The notes: generated by a model from the letters alone, not told the origin. DNA of 64,000 nt from a virus (IMGVR_UViG_3300031857_000009); one strand, 5' to 3'. Numbered from the stretch's first letter, positions 18,366 to 27,840 are shown. Translations and numbers: made by a program.

Positions 18366-18830
18366 TTACAAATTTATTTCTATGATTTGTCCTTTATCTC
18401 TTTTAAACAAAAATCTATAAATTTTTACAAACAAATGTATAATAGACATTTTAAATGCATATGTGAATCCGCTACTGACATTTGTCAACCTATAAACGGT
18501 AATTAATAGTGAATCGTCAAAATGTCTTTTTAAAATAAAGTACCTATGATAACCATCAAAAATATAATTTTTGTTTGTTAGATAGATGTGACCCTTATTA
18601 TAATCAAACCCTCTTTCTATTATATCTAATTCAATTTGTTTATGTATTGGTTTTAAATGAATTGATTTTACTCTTGTTTTAATTTCGGACATTGGTATTG
18701 TCTCTACTTTGACTTTAAAGCACCACCATTTATTACAAAAGAAATCACCGTCGTGCCTTTTTAACAATTCGGAATTATATCTTCTATCAACAACTACTTT
18801 TATTTTTTCTAAAAAAGTCATATCCACCAT
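18366..18830 (-). CDS. ParB/Srx-like nuclease domain protein
   Basis: IFDGYHRYFILKR resembles the ParB N-terminal DGxHR motif. Confidence 0.4.
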   Translation of the reverse strand: MVDMTFLEKIKVVVDRRYNSELLKRHDGDFFCNKWWCFKVKVETIPMSEIKTRVKSIHLKPIHKQIELDIIERGFDYNKGHIYLTNKNYIFDGYHRYFILKRHFDDSLLITVYRLTNVSSGFTYAFKMSIIHLFVKIYRFLFKRDKGQIIEINL

Positions 18831-19034
18831 TTATTCCCCTAACTCAAGATTATTTTTGCGTTTAGTCATTTCGTTAAAAACCTCAATTGACAAATTCGCC
18901 CTAAAATCATCTCTAGCACACTCATGGGGACTTAATTTTAAAAGTCTGTTCGCAACCTCATCTCTCCACTCGTGAAAGAATCCTTCATTAAAAGCCATCC
19001 ATCCATAAAATTCGTGAGTTTCTGCGTTGTTCAT
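18831..19034 (-). CDS. hypothetical protein
   Basis: 67 aa ORF. Confidence 0.35.
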   Translation of the reverse strand: MNNAETHEFYGWMAFNEGFFHEWRDEVANRLLKLSPHECARDDFRANLSIEVFNEMTKRKNNLELGE

Positions 19035-19045
19035 TTATTGTCGAT

Positions 19046-19225
19046 TTAAAATTTTGAGGCAATCATATACCCCAAACAAAATGATGAGGTCACAGCAACC
19101 CAATAAAATAATGATTTAATTTTAAATGCTGTTCGATTGTGCTCTCCGTTTATGGTTGTTGCAGTTGCAAACAACCAGGTTACAATTAGAAACAATATAC
19201 CAAATGTTAATAAAACTATTTTCAT
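19046..19225 (-). CDS. small membrane protein (59 aa, below ORF-track cutoff)
   Basis: Manual translation of the minus strand gives MKIVLLTFGILFLIVTWLFATATTINGEHNRTAFKIKSLFYWVAVTSSFCLGYMIASKF*, with two hydrophobic helices. Confidence 0.35.
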   Translation of the reverse strand: MKIVLLTFGILFLIVTWLFATATTINGEHNRTAFKIKSLFYWVAVTSSFCLGYMIASKF

Positions 19226-19263
19226 ACGTAAAGTATAAATATTTATCTTTATAAATCAAAATT

Positions 19264-19680
19264 ATGATACAAATATCTCAAATCATTCTTCAAAACCCTG
19301 AAGGTAAATACTTGGTGTATTTAAGAGACAACAACCCAGATATCCCCTTTCCAAATCATTGGGACCTTATAGGTGGTCACGTTGAAAAAAGAGAAACACC
19401 ATTAGAAGCGTTGAAAAGAGAAATGATAGAAGAAATTGAAACTGACTCGAGCAGTTTAGTTAGATTTTCTTTTTGGAAGAAGTATGTCTGTATTGAGGGT
19501 GATGTGTCCCCAAATATTAAATATATATTTCACGGTGTGATTGACAAACCTATTGAAGAAATTCCACTAAATGAGGGTCAGTATCTTAGATTTGTAACTC
19601 AAAGTGAGTTATCTGAATTAAATTTTGCAAACATTATGGGTAAGATAATGCAAGATTTCGTGAGAGAAAGATTTGGTTAG
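19264..19680 (+). CDS. NUDIX hydrolase
   Basis: Nudix box GGHVEKRETPLEALKREMIEEIE (GX5EX7REUXEEXGU). Confidence 0.7.
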   Translation: MIQISQIILQNPEGKYLVYLRDNNPDIPFPNHWDLIGGHVEKRETPLEALKREMIEEIETDSSSLVRFSFWKKYVCIEGDVSPNIKYIFHGVIDKPIEEIPLNEGQYLRFVTQSELSELNFANIMGKIMQDFVRERFG

Positions 19681-20216
19681 TATTTTAAAACTGTAAAATG
19701 AGACTCAAAGTTTTTTCTTGGAATCAAATACATATGTGACCTTTTCTCTTCAGGAATCAATACGTTAGTTCCAGCATAAACCTCGTCACCACCTATCTTT
19801 ACTTTGAAATTATTTTCTGAAATTAATTTTCTTAATTTATTAGTTTTAATCACCCAAATCTCTTTGATGTTCATAAAAACTATTACCCACAAATCTGATT
19901 TGGTTACCATTATTCCACTGTCCTTACCGTGCATCCTAAATTCAATACATAGGTTACCAGTATCTATACCGGGAAAATAGGCACCGTTTGGTAATGTTCT
20001 ACCGGGTTGTACCCATTTGTCTTCTGTCTTGACTTCTGCAACCACATGGGTTTTAGTTGGGAAATTGAATATTAAATCGAACTCTTTTAAATTACCATTT
20101 TCTTTTTCACTCTTCCCAACACAAATAGCATTGTATTCTCTTTCAAATACATCAATGACTACTTGTTCATTAGTTTGACCGATTTTTATATCTTCATGAA
20201 AATTCAGATTCCCCAT
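19677..20216 (-). CDS. putative PD-(D/E)XK-family nuclease
   Basis: FDLIF ... VAEVKT fits a D...E-x-K arrangement. The call is weak. Confidence 0.3.
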   Translation of the reverse strand: MGNLNFHEDIKIGQTNEQVVIDVFEREYNAICVGKSEKENGNLKEFDLIFNFPTKTHVVAEVKTEDKWVQPGRTLPNGAYFPGIDTGNLCIEFRMHGKDSGIMVTKSDLWVIVFMNIKEIWVIKTNKLRKLISENNFKVKIGGDEVYAGTNVLIPEEKRSHMYLIPRKNFESHFTVLKY

Positions 20217-20284
20217 CTTCGCTGGTTAAATACATTTTCTCATAGTGTTCCCACCATAAAATCTCTTCTTGTTCAGAAGTAAGT

Positions 20285-20512
20285 TTATTTTCCACAGGGA
20301 CAATGTCCTGCGTGTGTGATTCCTGAACCATGACTTCTATCGATTATGAGATAAGTATGTCCCTTATGTTCCCATTCAAAAACTCTGTATTCGGATTGAT
20401 TACTAAGTTTAATAGTTTGGGGGTTATTCCTATCGTTTACAACTTGTTTTGTGTTTGGTTCAGAACATGATGTGACGAGTAAAACAAATAAAATAATACT
20501 ACTTAATCTCAT
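20285..20512 (-). CDS. putative lipoprotein
   Basis: MRLSSIILFVLLVTSC lipobox. Confidence 0.45.
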   Translation of the reverse strand: MRLSSIILFVLLVTSCSEPNTKQVVNDRNNPQTIKLSNQSEYRVFEWEHKGHTYLIIDRSHGSGITHAGHCPCGK

Positions 20513-21371
20513 CTAATTGAATTTCAATTTCTTGTTGTCCTTCTTTTACAACTTGACTACCGTCAGCCATTCTATAATACTTAAACAAAACGTATTTATC
20601 GCCTTCGGTTGTTTTAAAATGTGTATGTTTGGTGTAAGGGTTTAGTTGAAAATCATGGTATAAATTTTTCCAAATTACTCCATCTCCTTTTACAGGTTTT
20701 ACACTTCTTTCAATTGAATTAAAAGTTAGATGTCCACCCTCAGTAATGTTATTCAATGATATTTGGACACTCCACAATCTATTACCCATGTTTGTAAACA
20801 ATTTGTCCTCCGATATTTGATTAGGTAGTAGAAAATCGTATTTTTCCTCATAATTGAATTCGGGTGTTATTTTTTGAATAAAAACATCTTCACCAAATGA
20901 ATCTCGAATACCAATAACAGAATTGATTCTCTCATTTACTGTTTTATAAATCTCAGACTTTTTATCTAACTTATGAATCATGGGTGATTGCAAGTCCTTA
21001 GATTTTTTCTGTGAGTTTAATTTTTTGTCTGTAATCGATATCAAATCATCACATTCAATTAATGTTAATAATTCAGGGTAATGATAAATTTCAACTAAAT
21101 TATTTTCAACTCTATAAGCTCTTGGGTTATCACATAGAGATTTATTGAACGGATAAAGTTCAACTTCGTAAGGTTGATTAAGGTTTTCCTGTGAATATTG
21201 TCTTTGCCAAATTAACGCGTTAGTTGGTTCAATTTCAAGTTCTCTTTTAATTAAATTGTAATCAAATCCATTATTAAGTAAAACATTAAAAATGGACTCT
21301 CTATCATATCCATTCACAATATTAGACCAAATCCATAGTTTCCATTCAGGAGTAAAAATTCTATTAATCAT
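20499..21371 (-). CDS. hypothetical protein (possible 2OG-Fe(II) oxygenase-like C-terminal region)
   Basis: 290 aa. The C-terminal GGHLTF...KHTHF...YYR pattern is loosely reminiscent of P4H-type oxygenases, but no clean HxD motif is present. Confidence 0.35.
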   Translation of the reverse strand: MINRIFTPEWKLWIWSNIVNGYDRESIFNVLLNNGFDYNLIKRELEIEPTNALIWQRQYSQENLNQPYEVELYPFNKSLCDNPRAYRVENNLVEIYHYPELLTLIECDDLISITDKKLNSQKKSKDLQSPMIHKLDKKSEIYKTVNERINSVIGIRDSFGEDVFIQKITPEFNYEEKYDFLLPNQISEDKLFTNMGNRLWSVQISLNNITEGGHLTFNSIERSVKPVKGDGVIWKNLYHDFQLNPYTKHTHFKTTEGDKYVLFKYYRMADGSQVVKEGQQEIEIQLDEIK

Positions 21372-21374
21372 ATT

Positions 21375-21629
21375 TTATTTTTTTATTTTTCTTTCGATTA
21401 CATACACAGTATCACCTTTTTCATATGACCTGTACGATGTTATTTTCATTTCGGGGTTTTTTAGATACAATTTCCAATATGGAGTTGTTTGTAAAGTATT
21501 GTCACAACCAATTCCATGATATTCAACAGAATCAACAATACATGGGATTTTAGTGTCAGTATATTGTGTCTTGTACTTGCAAGACATTAATATTAGACCC
21601 AAAAAAATTACAAATGTTAGATTTTTCAT
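21375..21629 (-). CDS. putative lipoprotein
   Basis: MKNLTFVIFLGLILMSC lipobox. Confidence 0.45.
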   Translation of the reverse strand: MKNLTFVIFLGLILMSCKYKTQYTDTKIPCIVDSVEYHGIGCDNTLQTTPYWKLYLKNPEMKITSYRSYEKGDTVYVIERKIKK

Positions 21630-21665
21630 ATTCTAAATATAAATGATTTTTTTGATAAAACAAAA

Positions 21666-21920
21666 TTAATCTTCACAGAAACAATTGTTTCTTGAAAGAG
21701 CGATTAACTTGATGTGTTTTAAACATTCATTGTCGGCCCTAACTACCGCACCACACAAATCGTTATTCACAACAGATTGAACGAAACTACCCCCAATGGG
21801 TCCAACCCCATCTCTTGTTCTCATTACCGATACAATGATGTTGATGATGTGTTCACTAACATCATCTTGTCCATACCTCTTTACGAAGTCTTTTGCTGCA
21901 CTATATAATTTTTCTTCCAT
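21666..21920 (-). CDS. hypothetical protein
   Basis: 84 aa ORF. Confidence 0.4.
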   Translation of the reverse strand: MEEKLYSAAKDFVKRYGQDDVSEHIINIIVSVMRTRDGVGPIGGSFVQSVVNNDLCGAVVRADNECLKHIKLIALSRNNCFCED

Positions 21921-21923
21921 ATT

Positions 21924-22148
21924 TTAAACATTCCATGATGCCAACATTTGTCCTATATCATCATTCCTGTCCCTACCGTCGGCTTTAAAATTATCATCAT
22001 CCAGTGTAATATTTTTTGTGATTGTAATAATTCCTTTTTTTATCGCATCACATGGTTTTCTGTTACATGGACAAATTCTATATTCGAATGAGGTGTTAAT
22101 ACCACATCTCACACATTCATAATAATCTTTTGTGGTTGTTGTTATCAT
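21924..22148 (-). CDS. small zinc-ribbon protein
   Basis: CVRCG...CPCNRKPC, four Cys arranged as a ribbon. Confidence 0.4.
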   Translation of the reverse strand: MITTTTKDYYECVRCGINTSFEYRICPCNRKPCDAIKKGIITITKNITLDDDNFKADGRDRNDDIGQMLASWNV

Positions 22149-22156
22149 TATTAGAA

Positions 22157-22642
22157 TTAGTTGTCAAACCAAAAGACAACTCTAAAACCATTCTCTTTAA
22201 TCGTATACCTCTTTTGGTCATCATTTGTTATCCAAAATTCTTCTTTAAACCTATTGTCCATAGAGTCAACAAAATATTTTAAGTTCTCAACGATTTCTTC
22301 ATTATCTGAATTATTGTACAGATAATCTTTGAGTTCTTTTAAGGTGTAGTAAGAAGCTGTATGGACCATATCACCTCTTTCATATTCCTTTCTTGTTGTC
22401 TCAGTCACATCCTCAGGTAAACCCCTTGGGTCCGCAATCGGGTCCATTGAACCTCTGACCTCCGCAAGAATTGAGAATAAATCATAATTTCTTCCCCAAT
22501 AAAAAGCAACGTGGTCGTACTCCCTTTCGGAATCGTTCATTCCAAAATGTGGATTTATTTGCCAATGGTCAACATTGACCCATTTATTTTCACCATTTAC
22601 TGAAGTGTATTTTTCCAAATACACATGAATATCACATCCCAT
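22157..22642 (-). CDS. hypothetical protein
   Basis: 161 aa ORF. Confidence 0.45.
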   Translation of the reverse strand: MGCDIHVYLEKYTSVNGENKWVNVDHWQINPHFGMNDSEREYDHVAFYWGRNYDLFSILAEVRGSMDPIADPRGLPEDVTETTRKEYERGDMVHTASYYTLKELKDYLYNNSDNEEIVENLKYFVDSMDNRFKEEFWITNDDQKRYTIKENGFRVVFWFDN

Positions 22643-22678
22643 GATTCAAATATAATTAATAATTTTTAAAATGTCAAT

Positions 22679-24592
22679 TTAGTACTGAGATATCTTACCC
22701 AATTTAGTAACCTTGTTTCCCCTAAATTCTGAGTGTTCCTTTATTATGCCGTAAAAAGACACCTTTGAATTAATTGAAACGCTCTTATGTAAATTAGTTG
22801 TTAGGTATTCAGTATTAATTTCACCAAATTTAGAAAATATGTTACCATTTTTGTCAACCAAATCATAGACAGTTGTTGGCCCATAAAGACCATTCACGGT
22901 TCTAATATCGGTAACAGTTAGTTCAAAATAAATTTTCATACCAGGACTACCGACAAATTTACTCACCTTTAATTTGGATTCGTCAATGTCCCTTGATTTG
23001 TGGTTAACAAATGCATCAAAGTCGGTTACAAATCCTAAAGTGGTTTTGGCTCTTGTGTAAGCAACGTATTCTAAATTTTTTTCTTGTTCAATTTGCCATG
23101 GTAAGGTTGCAAATTTCGATGGAAATAATTCTGGGTGGATAATAAAAACCCTTTCTGATTCAAGACCTTTAGATTTATGTACGTTACTCAAGCATATTCC
23201 ACTTTTTTTATCATCTGAAAAGATATCATCGATTTTCTTTACAACAATTGCGGGGTCATCTATCCCGTGGGATAACGCTTCTATTACTTGTATCTTTTCA
23301 CCAAATAGAATTACTTGGTTATCCTCTAACGCTTCACTTCTTTTCATTGTGTGATTTGTCATTGTTTTTTCAATCAACTTTTCTTTGTCCTTAAGAAGAC
23401 AACATATTACGTTTGTCATGTTATATTCTTCATTCTTCTTGTTGCAAGAAAGTATCATGGTTTTCAAAGACTTACCAATATCAGAACCAATTATATAAGA
23501 TTTTTTACCTTCACTTAATAATTTGATACACAATGAGACAACCGGAAATGTATTTCTACACAAAACCATGTCCCCATCCATAATATCTTTATAGGAGAAG
23601 TTTTCAATTACTCTACCTGACCTATTTTTAGAATGAGCAATGATTGCTGGATTTATGTGTCGAACCAAATTTAAAATCTCAGGCGAGACTCTATATGTAA
23701 AAGACAATGGTAATTCAACCGTGTTTGGTAGTTCTTTCAATTTTTGATATGACTCATGGTCAGCACCTGCAAAACCATATATCGCTTGTTTAGGGTCACC
23801 TACAGCAATGAATCTACCACCATCAGGTTTCATTGCTTTTTGCATCAATAAACGGTGACAAGAATTCAAATCTTGACATTCGTCTATAAAAACAAAATCG
23901 TAATTATCTCCCGAATGGTTCAAAATGATTGGTAAAGAAATCATGTCGGTATAATCGAGAACCTTTAGATAAGACATACCCAATTTAGACAGATACCATG
24001 CGGCAGTGGATTCACCATCTTGATTGTTCACAGAATGAAACTCTGCAATTTTATTTATCTCACCAACACCAATTGGTTTGATATCAAAATTTACTAAATG
24101 TTGTCTCGATAAATTACACAGAGTTACAACATCGGTAACAAATTTATACCTGTCAATATTCTCACCTTGAACAGAATCATGGATGCCTTGAATGTACTTG
24201 TTTTGTTCTTCGTTGAATCCGTATTTGTCTAAACTATCGGGTTTTTCACCACTGTAAAAATTAATGATGTCCCAAAAAAGATTTCGATACTTTAAACTTT
24301 TTTCGTCAACACCACAATCATAGTTATTCCTCATGATTGTGTAACCGAAACCATGGACCGTTTTGACATCAATGTTCTTATTTTCGGGAATCCTTCTTTT
24401 TAATTCATCTCGTATACTAACATTGAATGCCAAAAACAATACTGATTTATCATCAGGTATTAAGTCCAAAGCTTTTAATAGTGTCGTCGTTTTACCACTA
24501 CCAGCAACAGCAGAAACTACTGCGTTTCGAGTATCTTTTAAAATAAAATTGAAAATATCTTTTTGATATTTGCTGGGTGTAAATTTAGACAT
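22679..24592 (-). CDS. UvrD/PcrA/Rep-like superfamily 1 DNA helicase
   Basis: Walker A AVAGSGKTTTLL, a DECQD-like FIDECQDLN motif, and motif III VGDPKQAIYGFAGA. There is a C-terminal extension of about 120 aa. Confidence 0.75.
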   Translation of the reverse strand: MSKFTPSKYQKDIFNFILKDTRNAVVSAVAGSGKTTTLLKALDLIPDDKSVLFLAFNVSIRDELKRRIPENKNIDVKTVHGFGYTIMRNNYDCGVDEKSLKYRNLFWDIINFYSGEKPDSLDKYGFNEEQNKYIQGIHDSVQGENIDRYKFVTDVVTLCNLSRQHLVNFDIKPIGVGEINKIAEFHSVNNQDGESTAAWYLSKLGMSYLKVLDYTDMISLPIILNHSGDNYDFVFIDECQDLNSCHRLLMQKAMKPDGGRFIAVGDPKQAIYGFAGADHESYQKLKELPNTVELPLSFTYRVSPEILNLVRHINPAIIAHSKNRSGRVIENFSYKDIMDGDMVLCRNTFPVVSLCIKLLSEGKKSYIIGSDIGKSLKTMILSCNKKNEEYNMTNVICCLLKDKEKLIEKTMTNHTMKRSEALEDNQVILFGEKIQVIEALSHGIDDPAIVVKKIDDIFSDDKKSGICLSNVHKSKGLESERVFIIHPELFPSKFATLPWQIEQEKNLEYVAYTRAKTTLGFVTDFDAFVNHKSRDIDESKLKVSKFVGSPGMKIYFELTVTDIRTVNGLYGPTTVYDLVDKNGNIFSKFGEINTEYLTTNLHKSVSINSKVSFYGIIKEHSEFRGNKVTKLGKISQY

Positions 24593-24593
24593 A

Positions 24594-24812
24594 TTACTTT
24601 TCGATAAACATGTTTGTATTTGAAATTGGTACTCTTAAAACAGGAATATTTTTTTCATCTCCATCCAATTTCTTCATGACTTCATAGTAACCACTGTCAC
24701 TTATTCTAACAGTTGGTGCATCTGTAATCATTTCTAATAATTTTGAAGATTCTTTTGGACCTTCGTAAAGCTTAACTTCTTTTGTTGTTGTGTTAAAAAT
24801 TAATGTTTGCAT
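24594..24812 (-). CDS. hypothetical protein
   Basis: 72 aa ORF. Confidence 0.4.
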   Translation of the reverse strand: MQTLIFNTTTKEVKLYEGPKESSKLLEMITDAPTVRISDSGYYEVMKKLDGDEKNIPVLRVPISNTNMFIEK

Positions 24813-24818
24813 TTTTAT

Positions 24819-25928
24819 TTATTTTATGTTTAGTAAATATTTTTTAAATAATTCGTGCTCAACTGACACGCAGATTCTAGAATATGATGACCATAAGTCC
24901 TTATCGTGATAAACAAACTTATCAAGACCAACAGCACCGATTCTATGTTGAAATAAGTAATCTTCCGATTTATTTATAACCGCGAAGATACCTAATGGTT
25001 GACCACCTTGGTAAATTTCTTCAACCAGTAGGTTTTTCTCTTTTAGGTAATTTACATTCTTAAAGATATTATTAGTTGTTATATTTTTAAATTGTTCTAA
25101 TGAACTTCTTCCTTCGGGTGTGGTTAAAACTTTCTCAATAATCATTTGAGATGGGGAACATACGGCATTGAATTCATAAAGTAAACGAATGTTTAATTCT
25201 GAATTAAAATCCTTGTCCTTACAAAAAATGAAACCCATTCTTAAACCCGATAAACCTACCCATTTTGAAAAAGATTCGGTGATAATAACATTATCAAGAT
25301 GGGCAACTTTATCAAAGAAATCATCTTCATAAAATAACTTACGGTATGGTGAATCAAATATTATAATCGCACCTGTCATCGATATCTCATAAATCTTTCT
25401 GAAAAGAATGTTGTCATCTATTTTTACACCTGTAGGATTATTTGGGTCACAAATAAAAATACAAGATGATTCACTAAAATTGGATGCTTCTAAAGATTCT
25501 AATGATTCATAAAATGAAAAAGACTTTTGTCTAATTGTTGCCATTTTAGAATAAGAACCCCAATAAAATTTTGGGAAATAAATATTTTCTACATTTAATA
25601 ATTGGATAACCAAATCTAACGCAGGCATACCACCTGGTGTGATTGCAATATTATTGATGAAATTAGGTGAATTTGCAAATGAAGGAAAATATTCTGAAAC
25701 GATAGAATGTCTAAATGTTTCAATACCCAAGTTAGGTGCATATACTTGAAACTCTTTTGAGTTAAAATCAATTTGTTTCATAACTCCCGTCAAATCGATT
25801 TCCGTAACAGCGTTTACACCTCTATTTAATTCGAGATATGAATTACCTGATTCTTTTGCCGCCCTTTTAACTTTCTGACCAATCCCTACTATCGAAGAGA
25901 AGGTTGCATTCGATATATTTACTTTCAT
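24819..25928 (-). CDS. PLP-dependent aminotransferase, class I/II fold
   Basis: CDPNNPTG, DSPY and SFSKWVGLSGLRMGF (PLP-lysine SxSK motif). Confidence 0.65.
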   Translation of the reverse strand: MKVNISNATFSSIVGIGQKVKRAAKESGNSYLELNRGVNAVTEIDLTGVMKQIDFNSKEFQVYAPNLGIETFRHSIVSEYFPSFANSPNFINNIAITPGGMPALDLVIQLLNVENIYFPKFYWGSYSKMATIRQKSFSFYESLESLEASNFSESSCIFICDPNNPTGVKIDDNILFRKIYEISMTGAIIIFDSPYRKLFYEDDFFDKVAHLDNVIITESFSKWVGLSGLRMGFIFCKDKDFNSELNIRLLYEFNAVCSPSQMIIEKVLTTPEGRSSLEQFKNITTNNIFKNVNYLKEKNLLVEEIYQGGQPLGIFAVINKSEDYLFQHRIGAVGLDKFVYHDKDLWSSYSRICVSVEHELFKKYLLNIK

Positions 25929-26000
25929 TATATTCTAAGTTAGTCTGTACTTACCACTAACAAAATATAATAAAAAGAAATCGTATTTCCAAAAATTAAT

Positions 26001-26024
26001 AAAAAAAAATCCCCTTTCGGGGAT
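26001..26024 (-). terminator. rho-independent terminator (minus strand)
   Basis: The plus strand reads AAAAAAAAA then ATCCCCTTTCGGGGAT, so the minus strand has a hairpin followed by a U-run. Confidence 0.6.
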
Positions 26025-26028
26025 TAAA

Positions 26029-26385
26029 TTAATATGGATTTTCAAATGTCAACGAGTCTAAGGACTCATCTATTTTGGAATTATACCACCCATTTATCCA
26101 ACATTTTGTGGTATCACCAATTTTGGCGGGTTTATTGGTTAGTATTGTGACACCATTTTCAAATGTTATATGATATTGATTTTGGAATATTTCTTCACAG
26201 GATACTACCGGTACAGGATACCACTCTTTTTCGCTCCTTGGTATAACTTCCTCACTTATTTCTTCCTCAACTATATTTTCATCTGTAATATAGTTATGTA
26301 TCTTTTCTTTATTAAAATGAAGAATACCAGTGAAAATTATGACCGTTATAAACGCCAAAAGAATCCTGACTTGTTTTATATCCAT
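26029..26385 (-). CDS. membrane-anchored hypothetical protein
   Basis: N-terminal TM segment ILLAFITVIIFTGIL. Confidence 0.45.
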   Translation of the reverse strand: MDIKQVRILLAFITVIIFTGILHFNKEKIHNYITDENIVEEEISEEVIPRSEKEWYPVPVVSCEEIFQNQYHITFENGVTILTNKPAKIGDTTKCWINGWYNSKIDESLDSLTFENPY

Positions 26386-26387
26386 GA

Positions 26388-26954
26388 TTAAAATTTTTCT
26401 TTTAATTTTTCAGTTTGAATTATGTCTTTCAATAATTTAACATACCCTTCACCCGCTTCGGCGTAGGTATTTGATAAATACAAATAGTATTCATTTTCAG
26501 TATTAATCTGACCAAGGTATCGGCATTGGTAAAACGCATAATCATAAACAGATTGGTACCAGTTATCATAAAACGCGTGACCGTTTTGAGTTCCTTTGGC
26601 GGTGTTGATTCTAACTGTCGCCTGTTTCATACCAAACAGATTATTATTTTCCTTGAAAACTTGACTTTTGTAATGTCCCGTCTCAGCAATGGCTTGAGCC
26701 ATAACAATATGTGGAAATTTAACGTTTAATCTTTTTAGTTCTGATACAAACTTATCCTCTGAAAATTTATTTTTTTCTTTTTCTAATGAAATTACGATTA
26801 ATTCTTTTTCGTAACTGTCCAAACTTTTAAACCGTATAAAACGACCTAAAATAAATGAAGAGATTACCAAAACAATTACAACCGACAACGCGATTTTTAC
26901 TTTTTTCCAATCCTTTTTCCAAAGGAGTAGAGAGTTATCATATTTGTAAAACAT
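26388..26954 (-). CDS. peptidoglycan hydrolase, mannosyl-glycoprotein endo-beta-N-acetylglucosaminidase (FlgJ-type) domain
   Basis: N-terminal TM anchor, then MAQAIAETGHYKS...NNLFGMK, which matches the glucosaminidase signature. Confidence 0.65.
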   Translation of the reverse strand: MFYKYDNSLLLWKKDWKKVKIALSVVIVLVISSFILGRFIRFKSLDSYEKELIVISLEKEKNKFSEDKFVSELKRLNVKFPHIVMAQAIAETGHYKSQVFKENNNLFGMKQATVRINTAKGTQNGHAFYDNWYQSVYDYAFYQCRYLGQINTENEYYLYLSNTYAEAGEGYVKLLKDIIQTEKLKEKF

Positions 26955-26995
26955 AATTTTAGTGTTTGAGTGTTAGACAATTATTGTTCCAAAAT

Positions 26996-27370
26996 TTAAC
27001 TTTTCGTAAAATGGTCCACGACCATTCTTGCACTTGAGTAGTTTGTAGCTAATGCCACTTCGTGCACATCACAAACCCTCATTAACATTTGTACATCAGG
27101 TTCGTGCGGGTGTTTATCCAATGGGTCCCTAAAAAATATAACCGCATCGATTTCTTTTCTCGAGACCATTGCAGCAATTTCCGCGTCTCCACCCATTGGT
27201 CCTGAATTGACTTGTTCAACCTTTGTAACACCAGCAAACATTATTCTTTTACCTGTCGTACCCGTTGCAACAATATCAACATCGGTTCGATTAAAAAAAT
27301 CTAATCGTTTCATTACAAAGGCAACCATGTCCGCCTTCTTACCGTCGTGTGCTATGAGTGCTATTTTCAT
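26996..27370 (-). CDS. mgsA: methylglyoxal synthase
   Basis: IALIAHDGKK, VATGTTG, GPMGGDAEIAA, IFFRDPL and CDVHEVALATN match MgsA along its full length. The ATG is at 27370; the track starts 2 codons upstream at a TTG. Confidence 0.8.
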   Translation of the reverse strand: MKIALIAHDGKKADMVAFVMKRLDFFNRTDVDIVATGTTGKRIMFAGVTKVEQVNSGPMGGDAEIAAMVSRKEIDAVIFFRDPLDKHPHEPDVQMLMRVCDVHEVALATNYSSARMVVDHFTKS

Positions 27371-27372
27371 AA

Positions 27373-27840
27373 TCAAAAAATAAACAACCTACCCCCAATC
27401 ATAAACTGAGGTTTATCGGTTTGATAAAAACTTAAAGTTAAGTACAAGGGATATGATAATTTCAAATTTGCAGCGGTCTTCAATATAATTTGATTACCAC
27501 CATCAACAGATAAACCCGCCCCACCTGTTAAAATTAACCATTTATAATCTTTATTTGTGTAAACGTAATTTAAAACAACATAAATTTCTTCAGGTCTACC
27601 ATTGATTGTTAAAGTATTGGGGTTAAATAAATTTAATTCGGCCATCAATTTACCATAACCAATTCCAATAAAGGCATTTGTTTTTTCTTTGGAGAATTCG
27701 TAACCCGCGGAATAATATGATGAATTACCTCTAGGACCATAAGATAATCCATAATTGAATATTCTTTGGGGTACTCTTAACCCTTGTGCCCATGTGTTGT
27801 TCATCAACAGCATACAAAATATCATTAAGAATTTTTTCAT
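27373..27840 (-). CDS. small outer-membrane beta-barrel protein (OmpX/OmpW-like)
   Basis: Signal peptide MKKFLMIFCMLLMNNTWAQ, alternating amphipathic strands and a C-terminal Phe. The stop is 2 nt from the mgsA start. Confidence 0.5.
   Translation of the reverse strand: MKKFLMIFCMLLMNNTWAQGLRVPQRIFNYGLSYGPRGNSSYYSAGYEFSKEKTNAFIGIGYGKLMAELNLFNPNTLTINGRPEEIYVVLNYVYTNKDYKWLILTGGAGLSVDGGNQIILKTAANLKLSYPLYLTLSFYQTDKPQFMIGGRLFIF

Noticed and set aside
19158-19183. Near-perfect palindrome GGTTGTTGCAGTTGCAAACAACC that looked like an operator or hairpin
   Set aside because: It lies inside the cleanly translating 59 aa minus-strand small ORF (LFATATT), so it is most simply coding sequence.
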